A stretch of DNA of 64,000 nucleotides from an uncultured Spirochaetota bacterium (GTDB taxonomy: Bacteria > Spirochaetota > Spirochaetia > SZUA-6 > DRHE01): the NCBI GenBank assembly GCA_963736785.1, contig CAVTQG010000031.1, forward strand, positions 15,434-79,433, read 5' to 3'. The translations under genes and the position numbers were made by a program. Numbering within the stretch: the first letter of the stretch is position 1; every line of letters begins with the position of its first letter. The notes beneath the pieces are model-generated. The model made no database searches and was not told where the DNA came from. It saw only the letters and a list, made by a program, of their open reading frames with translations. This document shows, one piece after another, positions 38,617 to 47,783 of the stretch.

Positions 38617-39597
38617 CTACCTTTTCCTCGAGATGATTTGGATGAAGATCACGAAGGCCACCAGCATCAGGCCCTTGATCGCCTCCTGGATGTACGGGTT
38701 GGTGTTCAACAGGTTCAGCAGGTTCAGCAGGGCGGCCATGACGATGGCCCCCATCAGGGTCCCGTAGATGCTGCCCTCCCCGCCGTTGATGTTGGTGCCT
38801 CCGCAGACCACGGCGGCGATGGACTCCAGCATGGCGGTCGTGCCGATGTCCGGGTTGGAGGCGCTCAGGCGATAGGCCAGGACCATGGCGGCGATCGAGC
38901 TGAAAAAGCCGCTGGCCACGTACACCGACAGCCTGACCGCCCCGGTGCGGATCCCCGACAGCCGCGCCGCCAGCTCCTTGCCGCCCACGGCGTAGACGTT
39001 CTGCCCGTAGCGCGTCCTGCCCAGCACCAGGATCAGCAGCACGGACAGGACCAGCCAGACGGCGGTCGGCAGCAGCCTCTCGCCCAGCTTGTTCAGGCCG
39101 AAGGCGGTGTTGATGAAGCGCTGCAGCCGGTGGTATTCCAGCAGGCTGGCCCCGGTGAGGAGGTTGGCCAGGGAGAAGTAGAACAGCATGGTGGCCATGG
39201 TGATCATGAACGGCGGCACCCGCGTGCGGGAGACCAGGAACCCGTTGACCAGCCCCGCGGCCATGCCCGTCAGGACGGCCAGGGCGATGGCCAGGCCCGT
39301 CGGGAACCCGGCGCTCCCCGCCTTGGACAACACGGTGAGCACGATGGCCATGATCCCGCCCACCGACAGGTCGATGCCGCCGGTGAGTATGACCAGCATC
39401 TGACCCAGGGCCACGATGCCCACGACCGAGGCGCGCTCGCCGATGTTGATCAGGTTCTGCGAATCCAGGAACAGCCCGCGGGTGGAGACGGCGGCGAACA
39501 GCACCAGCAGCAGCAGGGTCAGGAAGACGTTGTAGCGGCGCAGGAACTCGGCCAGCGAAGTGCGGCTCCTGGCGGAATCCACGCTCAGACCGCTCAT
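38617..39597 (-). CDS. CUT2 (ribose/xylose-type) ABC permease, subunit 2
   Basis: Intact 326-aa ORF from ATG 39597 (MSGLSVDSARSR..), with an ATGA overlap on the upstream stop. Motifs are ..ILTGGIDLSVGGIMA.., ..YGQNVYAVGGKELAARLSGI.., ..GGTNINGGEGSIYGT.. Confidence 0.88.
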   Translation of the reverse strand: MSGLSVDSARSRTSLAEFLRRYNVFLTLLLLVLFAAVSTRGLFLDSQNLINIGERASVVGIVALGQMLVILTGGIDLSVGGIMAIVLTVLSKAGSAGFPTGLAIALAVLTGMAAGLVNGFLVSRTRVPPFMITMATMLFYFSLANLLTGASLLEYHRLQRFINTAFGLNKLGERLLPTAVWLVLSVLLILVLGRTRYGQNVYAVGGKELAARLSGIRTGAVRLSVYVASGFFSSIAAMVLAYRLSASNPDIGTTAMLESIAAVVCGGTNINGGEGSIYGTLMGAIVMAALLNLLNLLNTNPYIQEAIKGLMLVAFVIFIQIISRKR

Positions 39598-40619
39598 GGC
39601 CGCCCCCCCCGCTGTTCGCCGCCGGCGGGTTCCACGGCGGGTCGTTCCGCGCCCGGCGCCGCCTTCCTGCGGATGGAGCCCACGAAGAGCGTGAGAACCA
39701 GGATGGCGCCGACCACCATCCCTTCGAAGTACCCCGACAGCCCGCTGAAGATCATCAGCTTGTTCACGATGCGCAGCACGAGCAGGCCGGCCAGGGCGTG
39801 CCAGATCTTCCCCTCTCCCCCGGTCAGGGCGATGCCCCCCATGACGATGGCGGCGATGGCGTACAGCTCGTACCCGTTGCAGGCCCTGGGGTAGCCGACG
39901 CTGCTGAACGCCCCCACCAGCGCGCCGGCCAGCCCCGAGAGCACGGCGGAGGCGGTGTAGACGGCCAGCTTCACCGCCCGCACGTTGATGCCGGAGATGT
40001 AGGCCGCGTACTCGTTCCCGCCTACGGCGTAGACCCAGCGGCCGTACCGGTACCTGCGCAGGACCATGGCCAGCAGGAGGCTGGCCGCCAGCAGGTAGAG
40101 CATCGAAAAGGGCACCGGCCCGAGGGACCCCGCAAAGATCGTCTTGAAGGCCCGGATGGGGTACTGCGTCGGCACCCCCTTCAGGAAGGCGTACCCGACT
40201 CCCTGCACGACCCACATGGAACCCAGGGTGGCGATCAGCGGCGGGATTCCCAGGTTGGCCACGCACAGCCCGGTCAGCAAGCCCACCAGGCCACATAGCG
40301 CCAGGGCCGCCAACACGCTGGCCACCACGTTCAAGCCGTCCGGGATGGCGCCGTAGAGGTTCTTCATGACCCAGACCATGACCACCGACGACATGCTGGC
40401 CATGTTGCCGACCGAGAGGTCGATCCCCCCTGTCAGGACGACCAGCCCCTCGCCGAGGACCAGAAAACCGAAGATGGCCGTGTCCAGCAGGATGGCCAGG
40501 ATGTTGAAGTGGCTCATGAAGGACGGGTTGATGGCCGTGCTCAAGGCGAGCAGGACCACCGCCACAGGAACCATGTTGTAGGAGCTGAGGAACCGGCGCA
40601 GGTCAGCGGAGCGCAGCAT
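39594..40619 (-). CDS. CUT2 (ribose/xylose-type) ABC permease, subunit 1
   Basis: Intact 341-aa ORF with motifs ..VLTGGIDLSVGNMAS.., ..YGRWVYAVGGNEYAAYISGI.., ..GGIALTGGEGKIW.. Confidence 0.88.
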   Translation of the reverse strand: MLRSADLRRFLSSYNMVPVAVVLLALSTAINPSFMSHFNILAILLDTAIFGFLVLGEGLVVLTGGIDLSVGNMASMSSVVMVWVMKNLYGAIPDGLNVVASVLAALALCGLVGLLTGLCVANLGIPPLIATLGSMWVVQGVGYAFLKGVPTQYPIRAFKTIFAGSLGPVPFSMLYLLAASLLLAMVLRRYRYGRWVYAVGGNEYAAYISGINVRAVKLAVYTASAVLSGLAGALVGAFSSVGYPRACNGYELYAIAAIVMGGIALTGGEGKIWHALAGLLVLRIVNKLMIFSGLSGYFEGMVVGAILVLTLFVGSIRRKAAPGAERPAVEPAGGEQRGGRP

Positions 40620-42126
40620 CGGTCTTCACCCCTTCTTGTTTCTTCAAAATGTCGCTCAGGATCTCGTTCTTGCCGGCGGCCTCGGCGCTGTACTCGCGCA
40701 CTACCCGGCCTTCGGACAAGGTGAGGATGCGGTCGCAGAGCACCAGCAGCTCGTCGATGTCGCTGGTGAACAGCAGCAGGGACTTGCCCTGCCCGGCCAG
40801 CCCGCGGAAGATCTCGTACAGCTCCGCCCGGGTGCCCACGTCGATCCCCTCCGTGGGCTCCAGCAGCAGGAGCAGATCGGCATCGGCCTCCAGCCACTTG
40901 GAGAGGAGCACCTTCTGCTGGTTGCCTCCGCTCAAGTACTCGGCCAGCTGCGCCACGCCGGAGGTCTTGATCCCCAGGCGTCGCACATTGGCCTGGGCGA
41001 CGCGGCGTATCCAGGAGGGGGCCACCAGGGCCCGGCCCGCCTTGTTGATGGCCGCCAGGATCACGTTCTCGGCCACGCTGCGGCAGGTCACCAGCCCGGC
41101 GTTCTTGCGGTCCGTGGGCACCAGCCCTACTCCGCTGCGGATGGCCCGCAGGGGTTCGGCCGGCCGGAAGGGCTGCCCGTCGAACAACACCTCCCCACGG
41201 GTGTAGTCCGACAGGCCGTAGATGACCCTGGCGATCTCGTCCTTGTGCGAGCCCTCCAGCCCCGCGAAGCCGAGGATCTCCCCGCGGTTCAGGCTGAAGC
41301 TCACCCCCTGCAGATGGGGGCTGCCCACCCCGCGGAACTCCAGCAGCGGCCGCTGCCCGGCGTCGAACGCCGCCGCCTTCGCGGCGCGCTGATAAAGCCG
41401 CTTCGAGCCGGTCATGGCGCCGATCAATCCGTCGTAGTCGATGTCCTTCACGGCGACCGTGCAGACCACCCGGCCGTTGCGCAGCACGGTGACCCGCTGC
41501 CCGATGTGGAAAACCTCGTCCAGGTGGTGCGAGATGTACAGGATGGCCTTGCCGTCGTCGCGCAGCTGCTGCAGGATGCGGTACAGGGTCTGCCGCTCGG
41601 TGTTGTCCAGCGGGGCCGAGGCCTCGTCGATCAGCAGGACCTTGCTCTGCGACGCCAGGGCCTTGCAGATGGCCACGATGCCCTGCTCGGACACGCGCAG
41701 CTTGCTCACCGGGCACTCCAGGTCCAGGTCGACCTCGAAGCGCCCCGCCAGCTTCCGGGCCGCTTCCCGCATGGCCGGGAAATCCAGCTGCTGGCCCCGG
41801 CCTTCCTTGCGGATCTCGTTGCCCATGAAGATGTTCTCGACCGCGCTCAGGGTCGGCACCAGGTCGCGGTGCTGCTGCACGGCGAAGATGCCGCTCGCCC
41901 GGGCGATGCGGGCGCTGGCGATACGCACCACGCGCCCTTCGATCAGGACCTCGCCGCTGTAGTGGGTGTAGATGCCGGTGAGGATCTTGACCAGCGTGCT
42001 CTTGCCGGCGCCGTTCTCCCCGCACAGGCAATGGATCTCACCGGCCGCGAGGTCGAAGTCCACGTCGAACAGGACCTGCACCCCGAAGAAGCCGATGTTG
42101 ATGTCCCTGGTTTGCAGCAGTGCCAT
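40603..42126 (-). CDS. CUT2 sugar ABC transporter ATP-binding protein (duplicated NBD, RbsA/MglA-like)
   Basis: Intact ORF with two Walker A and signature sets (GENGAGKSTLVKIL.., ..LRVSEQGIVAI.., ..GLEGSHKDEI.., ..LSGGNQQKVLL..). ATG at 42126 is preferred over the TTG at 42138. Confidence 0.9.
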   Translation of the reverse strand: MALLQTRDINIGFFGVQVLFDVDFDLAAGEIHCLCGENGAGKSTLVKILTGIYTHYSGEVLIEGRVVRIASARIARASGIFAVQQHRDLVPTLSAVENIFMGNEIRKEGRGQQLDFPAMREAARKLAGRFEVDLDLECPVSKLRVSEQGIVAICKALASQSKVLLIDEASAPLDNTERQTLYRILQQLRDDGKAILYISHHLDEVFHIGQRVTVLRNGRVVCTVAVKDIDYDGLIGAMTGSKRLYQRAAKAAAFDAGQRPLLEFRGVGSPHLQGVSFSLNRGEILGFAGLEGSHKDEIARVIYGLSDYTRGEVLFDGQPFRPAEPLRAIRSGVGLVPTDRKNAGLVTCRSVAENVILAAINKAGRALVAPSWIRRVAQANVRRLGIKTSGVAQLAEYLSGGNQQKVLLSKWLEADADLLLLLEPTEGIDVGTRAELYEIFRGLAGQGKSLLLFTSDIDELLVLCDRILTLSEGRVVREYSAEAAGKNEILSDILKKQEGVKTDAALR

Positions 42127-42149
42127 GGTTATGCTCAAGCGGCCGCAGG

Positions 42150-42175
42150 CCGGCCCGGTTTGCTCACCGGGCCGG
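42150..42175 (-). other. perfect 10-bp GC hairpin between SBP and ATPase genes (CUT2 system 1)
   Basis: CCGGCCCGGT-ttgctc-ACCGGGCCGG with no U-run. It sits in the 82-nt intercistronic gap. Confidence 0.45.
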
Positions 42176-42208
42176 ACCCGCAGCCGCGCTCAGCAGCTAT
42201 CCCTCAGA

Positions 42209-43486
42209 CTACTTCCATTCCGTGTACGGCTCGATCTCCTTCAGGTAGTCGGCCGGCTGGTCCCAGTAGGGCTTGGGGTAGAACTTGGACTGCATCTCCT
42301 GTGGAATGGCGAAGATGTCGAAGCCGCCCGCGCTGGCCGGGGCGAAGGTGATCTTCTGCTTCTTGCCCTCGTCGATGACGAACTGCAGCTTGGCCTTGGA
42401 CTCGCTCGTGTTGGCGAAGAAGCTCCTCTGGGGCAGCGGGATGATGGAGGGGATGTTCGCCCCGTTGAGGTACTGGATGGCGTACTCGAAGGTGATCATG
42501 CCGAAGTACGGCGGCTCCTCGCTCACCTGGGCGATGTCGCCCCTCAGGCAGGCTTCCAGGACCTCGATCGAGGCGTCCACGCTGAAGATCCAGCCCAGCA
42601 GCTCGTTTCGCCCGGCGGACTTGATGGCCTCCAGGGCGGCCATGGCGGCGTCCTCGCTGGCGCACAGGATCGCGTCCAGCTCACCCTTGCGGTTCACGGT
42701 CAGGATGTCCTGCGCCGCCTTGAAGCTCTTCTGCCGGTCGTACTCGCCGGGGCGCACGGTAACCATCTTGATGTCCGGGTAGGCCCGCAGCACGCGGCGG
42801 ATGCCCTGGGACAGGGTGATGGCCGCGCTGGACCCCAGGATGCCGGGGATCTCGGCGACCTTGCCCTTGGCCGACCCGTACTTCTTGGTGAGGGCCGCCA
42901 CCAGGGCGGCCCCGTTGGCGATGCCGCTGCGGTAGCCGTCGATCTGGATCGTGGCGATGTAGGCGCCCTTGCCCGGCGTCTCGTCCAGGCCGCGGTCCAC
43001 GGTCATCAGAGGAATGCCCGCCTTGGCGCTCATCTCCACCAGGACGTTCAGGGGCCCGGTCTCATTGGGAGACATGATGAGGATGTCCGGTTTCTGGGCG
43101 ATCAGGCTGGTGCTGTCCTGCAGCTGCTTGGTCGTGTTGTTGCCGGCATTGGCCTCGATGAACTCGATGCCGAATCGTTCCTTGTACTGCTTGGCGTAGT
43201 CCTCCATGTCCTCCCAGAAGGTGCGGCGCCAGACGTTGCCCATGTCGCCGTTGGAGAAGGCGATCTTGTACTTCTTCTTGGGCACCGCTCCGATTTTGGC
43301 GAGCCCCGGAAGCACTTCAGGGGGGAAGTCCGTCGGGGTGATGGAGGCGCCGGGGGTGGCGTCGGCGCGCGGCGCGGTGGTGCGTACACCTCCGGCCGCA
43401 GCTTTGGCCTTGTCGCCTTGGCCGCCCGCAAACACCAGCGCGCCCAGACACAACAGGGCCAGGACGAGAACCAGAATCTTTTTCAT
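42209..43486 (-). CDS. CUT2 sugar ABC transporter periplasmic binding protein (PBP1/RbsB-like, extended)
   Basis: Intact 425-aa ORF. The signal peptide is MKKILVLVLALLCLGALVFAGG. Motifs are ..KIAFSNGDMGNVWR.., ..IQKPDILIMSPNE.., ..ILCASEDAAMAALEAIKSAG.. Confidence 0.85.
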   Translation of the reverse strand: MKKILVLVLALLCLGALVFAGGQGDKAKAAAGGVRTTAPRADATPGASITPTDFPPEVLPGLAKIGAVPKKKYKIAFSNGDMGNVWRRTFWEDMEDYAKQYKERFGIEFIEANAGNNTTKQLQDSTSLIAQKPDILIMSPNETGPLNVLVEMSAKAGIPLMTVDRGLDETPGKGAYIATIQIDGYRSGIANGAALVAALTKKYGSAKGKVAEIPGILGSSAAITLSQGIRRVLRAYPDIKMVTVRPGEYDRQKSFKAAQDILTVNRKGELDAILCASEDAAMAALEAIKSAGRNELLGWIFSVDASIEVLEACLRGDIAQVSEEPPYFGMITFEYAIQYLNGANIPSIIPLPQRSFFANTSESKAKLQFVIDEGKKQKITFAPASAGGFDIFAIPQEMQSKFYPKPYWDQPADYLKEIEPYTEWK

Positions 43487-43517
43487 GCGCTTACCTCTCC
43501 TCCTTGCTCTTGATGGA

Positions 43518-43544
43518 ATGTTACCGGTCAGCTACCGGTAACAT
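43518..43544. promoter_or_regulatory. palindromic operator candidate ATGTTACCGGT-cagct-ACCGGTAACAT (site 1)
   Basis: The 11-bp arms are perfect. The site starts at the last 2 nt of the candidate -10 and covers the predicted TSS, 32-58 nt upstream of the SBP ATG at 43486. Confidence 0.55.
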
Positions 43545-43571
43545 CCTACACGATCGAGGTGCCGCCGTCAA
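43543..43571 (-). promoter_or_regulatory. sigma70-like promoter of CUT2 system 1 operon
   Basis: Minus-sense TTGACG (43566-43571), a 17-nt spacer, then TAGGAT (43543-43548). Confidence 0.45.
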
Positions 43572-43583
43572 GAAATTTTTCAA

Positions 43584-44414
43584 TCAGCCCTTGATGGCGC
43601 CGGCGGTCAGGCCCTTGATGAAATGCTTCTGCATGAAGAGGAACAGCACCAGTATTGGCAAACACACCAGGATCATGCCGGCGAACAATACATTGTACTG
43701 CTGCAGGTATTTGCCCAAACTCGAATAGAGGTTCACCTGCATGGTGAGCTGCTGCGGGTTGCGGAGGGCCACGTAGGCGACCAGGAAGTCGTTCCACACC
43801 CAGGTCGCGAAGATGATGATGCAGGCGGCCGTGATCGGTTTTATCAGGGGAAGATAGATATGATAATATGTCCGGAACATTCCGCACCCGTCGATGATCG
43901 CGGCTTCTTCCAGTTCCCTCGGGATCGTCCTCATGTAACCGGTGTAGAGGAATATCGCGAACGGAGCGTTCCAGGCGGTATGCACGAGTGCGATCCCCCA
44001 CACCGTATAGCTCAGATGGAGGTTTTTCAGAACGATGACCAGGGGGATCAGGGCGATTTCAAAAGGCAGGACGATCGCGCCGATGATGGCGAAATAGTAG
44101 ACCTTGAAAATCCGGCTGCGCACATTAGCCAGGGGAAAGGCGCCCAGGGAACAGAGGGAAATGATCATCACCACCGCCAGGACCGTGATCGACCCGGAAT
44201 AGAAGAGAGTCCGCAGGTATTGCCTGTTTATGAAGAAATCACGGATGTACTTCAAAGTGAAGGTGTCGAACCATATCGTGAAGGGATGCAGGGAAACGTT
44301 TTCTTGACTCTTGAAGGCATTGATCACCGCGTAGTAAAGGGGAAGGATGAAGAGGAGCGTCACGACGATCAGGACCAGCTCCTGAGGCAGTTTCCGCCTG
44401 TTGGCCGCCTTCAT
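43584..44414 (-). CDS. CUT1 ABC permease (MalG-like), system 3
   Basis: Intact 276-aa ORF from ATG 44414 (MKAANRRKLPQEL..), with an ATGA overlap on the upstream stop. The EAA loop is ..FLYTGYMRTIPRELEEAAIIDGCG... GC is visibly lower than in the flanks. Confidence 0.88.
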   Translation of the reverse strand: MKAANRRKLPQELVLIVVTLLFILPLYYAVINAFKSQENVSLHPFTIWFDTFTLKYIRDFFINRQYLRTLFYSGSITVLAVVMIISLCSLGAFPLANVRSRIFKVYYFAIIGAIVLPFEIALIPLVIVLKNLHLSYTVWGIALVHTAWNAPFAIFLYTGYMRTIPRELEEAAIIDGCGMFRTYYHIYLPLIKPITAACIIIFATWVWNDFLVAYVALRNPQQLTMQVNLYSSLGKYLQQYNVLFAGMILVCLPILVLFLFMQKHFIKGLTAGAIKG

Positions 44415-45292
44415 CTTTCCTCCCTCCTGCCGAGCATTCTCACCAGACCGACCGAAAGCAGCAGGATGAACAGGGTATAGACGACGGAAAGGGCCGTCCC
44501 CAGCCCGTACTTGATTCCACGGAAGGCATAGAAATAGATCTGCAAGGTGACGACCCGGGAGAAGTACTCCGGGCCGCCTTCCGTCAAGGCGAAGGGAAAA
44601 TCGAAGGTCTTCAGGGCGTTCACGACGACGAACAGCACGTTGATCGTGATGGCAGGGGCCAGGAGCGGAACCGTGATGGTGCGAAACTGCTGAAACCTGC
44701 CGGCGCCGTCGATCATGGCGGATTCGTAGAGCTCCACGGGGATGCTCTGAAGTCCCGCCAGGTAGATCACCAAAGCGGTTCCGATCTGATACCAGGCGTA
44801 GGCGACGATCAGGCAAATCATGACGACGCCGGGTTCGCCGAGCCACACCCTGCTGAGCGAGGATATTCCGGCGTACCGCAGGATGGTATCGATCACCCCC
44901 CAATCGGTGAAATACATCGCTCTCCAGATCAGGGCGACGACTACGGGGCTCAGCACCGTGGGCAGGAAGTAGAGGACCTTGTAGGCGCTGGTGTGTACCA
45001 GGCCTTTGCGGTCCAGCGACACCGCAGCGGCAAGAGCGATGCCGTTGATAAGTACGGTCCCCAGCGCAAATAGTTCGAGAGTATTTCGAATGGTCTGCCG
45101 GAGACTGTCCGATTTCAGAAGGGCCTGAAAATTGCCAAACCCGATGAACTTGGATTCCGCGCTGATGCCGTTCCAGTCCCGGAAACTGAGCCAGAAGGTC
45201 TGGAAAACGGGAATGATGAAAAGAACCAGCATGATCAGGGTGATCGGCAGCAGAAAGAGAATTCCGGTCAGGACCCTCTTCTTGTCGTTCAT
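44411..45292 (-). CDS. CUT1 ABC permease (MalF-like), system 3
   Basis: Intact ORF. ATG at 45292 (MNDKKRVLTGILFLLPITLIM..) is preferred over the TTG at 45346, because a hairpin occupies the region in between. The EAA loop is ..LAGLQSIPVELYESAMIDGAG.. Confidence 0.85.
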   Translation of the reverse strand: MNDKKRVLTGILFLLPITLIMLVLFIIPVFQTFWLSFRDWNGISAESKFIGFGNFQALLKSDSLRQTIRNTLELFALGTVLINGIALAAAVSLDRKGLVHTSAYKVLYFLPTVLSPVVVALIWRAMYFTDWGVIDTILRYAGISSLSRVWLGEPGVVMICLIVAYAWYQIGTALVIYLAGLQSIPVELYESAMIDGAGRFQQFRTITVPLLAPAITINVLFVVVNALKTFDFPFALTEGGPEYFSRVVTLQIYFYAFRGIKYGLGTALSVVYTLFILLLSVGLVRMLGRREER

Positions 45293-45320
45293 TCGTCGGC
45301 CTGTCGGCTCCTGAAAAGGC

Positions 45321-45350
45321 GGGCTTGGCTCCCTTTCAGGAACCAAGCCC
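45321..45350 (-). other. intercistronic hairpin after SBP gene (system 3)
   Basis: GGGCTTGG-14nt-CCAAGCCC, located between the SBP stop (45368) and the permease ATG (45292). Confidence 0.35.
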
Positions 45351-45367
45351 GGCCTTGCCGATTCAAT

Positions 45368-46630
45368 TCACTTGCTCTTGGGGTTCGCTTTGATTGCTTC
45401 GGTGATTTTCTTTGCCGCGGTTTCAGGCGCAGTGCTGCCGATGAAAATCCCCGAGAGCGTCGAGATGAACACGTCGCTGGCCGCCGTGCTGTAGGTGTTC
45501 ATCAGGAAGGGAATCGAAGGGCTCTTGCCCAGAACGGGCAGCAGGGCCTGGATGTCAGGCATGATCTTCACGTTGATCGCGTTGTCGATTGAGGGGATAT
45601 TGCCCCTGGCGTTCTGCATCAATTGATAGCCTTCGGGGGAGAACCAGAATTCGAGGAACTTTTTCTTGGCGTCGACGTATTCCGGGGCGGTGTGGGTGTT
45701 CGAGGCCCCGATCGCCGACTCCGGGCTGTTGACCACCCACTGCTGCGCGCCTTTCTTCCCGAAGGGCGGGAAAAATGCGCCGGCGAAGCCCGACCTTTCC
45801 GCGAGCGCGGCGTTCCAGCTTCCGGCAAAAGTCATCGCCACTTTCTTCTTTGCGAACAGGTCCTGGGTGGAGGTCTCCGAGTCGCTCGTCACGCCCTTCT
45901 GGTAATAGCTGGAGAGCTTCTTGATCTTTCTGAACACCTCGATGCCCTCGGGGTTGTCGAGGCTGAAGCTCCCGTCCGCCAGCTTCTTTTGGTACCCGCC
46001 GGGACCGAGCGTGACGGCGACCTGGTTGGCGTAGATCCAGTCGAAGGCGAACTCGGTATTCCACGGGTCCTGCCCGGCCAACCCGATCGGCGTGATCCCC
46101 TTGGCTGCGATCTTTGCGCAGACCGCGATGAAGTCATCGAAATTGGTCGGCACTTCCAGACCCAGCTCTTTGAACAATTCCTTGTTGTAGTAGATGAATG
46201 CCGTCGAGGAGCCCTGGGTGAATCCGAACACCAATCCGCTGGAAATGGTGTATTCTTTCAGCAGGTTCGGATAGACGTGTTTTGCCGCCTCCAAACCCCG
46301 CAAGTCCATGAGCTTCCCTTCCTTGGCGAACAGCAAGCCTGCTTCATCGTTGTTGATCTCATGGACGTCAGGCAGGTCATTCACGGCGCCTCGAGTCCTA
46401 AGGAAGGTCAGGGAATCAGTGGTGTAAGGGATATCCTCGATTTTGACATTGGGGTGTTTCTTCATGAAGGCATCGTAGAGTGCCTGTCCGCCTTCCTTCC
46501 AATCGTTGGGCACCGCGTAGCTGGTAAGGGTTACCCCCTTCGCTTGTTGACCTCCGGCAACTGCCATTTGGAGCCCGCAAACCAGGACCAGCGCAATCCA
46601 AACCCATCTCAACAAGGTCTTCCGTCTCAT
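45368..46630 (-). CDS. CUT1 extracellular solute-binding protein, system 3
   Basis: Intact 420-aa ORF. The signal peptide is MRRKTLLRWVWIALVLVCGLQMAVAGG. It is SBP_bac_1-like throughout, and the RBS is GGAGG. Confidence 0.85.
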   Translation of the reverse strand: MRRKTLLRWVWIALVLVCGLQMAVAGGQQAKGVTLTSYAVPNDWKEGGQALYDAFMKKHPNVKIEDIPYTTDSLTFLRTRGAVNDLPDVHEINNDEAGLLFAKEGKLMDLRGLEAAKHVYPNLLKEYTISSGLVFGFTQGSSTAFIYYNKELFKELGLEVPTNFDDFIAVCAKIAAKGITPIGLAGQDPWNTEFAFDWIYANQVAVTLGPGGYQKKLADGSFSLDNPEGIEVFRKIKKLSSYYQKGVTSDSETSTQDLFAKKKVAMTFAGSWNAALAERSGFAGAFFPPFGKKGAQQWVVNSPESAIGASNTHTAPEYVDAKKKFLEFWFSPEGYQLMQNARGNIPSIDNAINVKIMPDIQALLPVLGKSPSIPFLMNTYSTAASDVFISTLSGIFIGSTAPETAAKKITEAIKANPKSK

Positions 46631-46641
46631 TCTCTGCCTCC

Positions 46642-46662
46642 TTACCGGTCATATACCGGTAA
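46642..46662. promoter_or_regulatory. palindromic operator candidate TTACCGGT-catat-ACCGGTAA (site 2)
   Basis: The 8-bp arms are perfect. The site lies 12-32 nt upstream of the SBP ATG at 46630, abutting the RBS. Confidence 0.5.
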
Positions 46663-46697
46663 TAATGATCTAAATCTTGCACACCTCGTCATGGAAG

Positions 46698-47783
46698 TCA
46701 AGCTTTCACCGCCAGCGGGAGCTCGCCCCAATCACGCAGCCCCTTGCTGATAACTTGCATGCTGCTTTGCCGGACCTGCTCCGGAACGTCCTCGGTGACA
46801 CCGATCAGGAACCGATCCCCTGGGGCGGCCTCGCGCAGGATGCGGCGAAGCTCCTCCCGGATGCGTCCTTCGCCTTCCAGGTGCACCGACGAAGGGAAGT
46901 TGATCCACAGAACCTTGCCCGGCCAGGCGCGGCGAGCCTCGGCCACCGTCATGTCGCAGGTAGGGACCGGCGTGAACGCCTCAATTACGTCCAGCTTCGA
47001 TTCCCCCACGGCCTTGGCCAGGCTGGCCAGGCGCGCATCCAGGTGGCAGCCGGCCAGTTTCCCCTGCTGGTGCAACAGCGCCGCGAACTCATCATGACAT
47101 GGCCGATAGTAGCGGCGGAAGCGCTCCTCCCCGATCACCTCCTGGCTGATGTTGCCGTCGTACAGTACGAGCTCCGCCGGGGACTCGGCGCAGATCTCGA
47201 ACATCCGCCGCTGCCTGTCCCGCAGCAGCTCGTAGAGCCGCAGCACCCTCTGCGGCCGGTCGGCCAGGTCCAGGCAGAAACGTTCCATCCCCAGAAACTC
47301 GTAGAGCAGCAGGTTCAGGGGGCTGTACTCGGTGTTGCCCACCACGTAGCCGTCTTCGCCATAGGCACGGGACGGCCCCGGCAAAGGCCTCGTAGTCCGG
47401 GTGATAGGTGCGGGCCTCCAGGTACCGCTCCAGCAAGTCGTAGTCGGAGGGCTGCTTGACGTAGTGGTCCAGCTGCCACCAGCTGGTGCCGTACCCGCTT
47501 TCCCGGCGGTAGGTGGCGTGCAGGCAGCCGCGCGGGGCGCGCAGTTCCCTGCGCAGACAGGCGACGCCATCCTGCAGGTATTCGTGGTTCAGGACCTCGA
47601 AACCGGGGTGACTGAGGCGGAACAGCGGCACCCGCTCCACGACCGCCGTGCCCGCATTGCGCAAGGCCCGCTCCGCCTCCCCGCGCGGGAACATCAGCCA
47701 GTAGACCGTGAAGGGCACCCGGTCGGCCAGTTCGCCCCGCAGGGCAAGGCGGACGCGCTCCCGGGGAGAAAGGGCGGGCTTCC
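46698..47783 (-). pseudogene. UROD/MtaA-like family protein, paralog 2, one frameshift (~47370)
   Basis: MRRRKPALSPRERVRLALRGELADRVPFTVYWLMF.. starts at ATG 47783 in the frame of ORF 47092-48135. It continues ..AYGEDGYVVGNTEYSPLNLLLYEFLGMERF..FLIGVTEDVPEQV.. in ORF 46698-47570. Confidence 0.72.
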
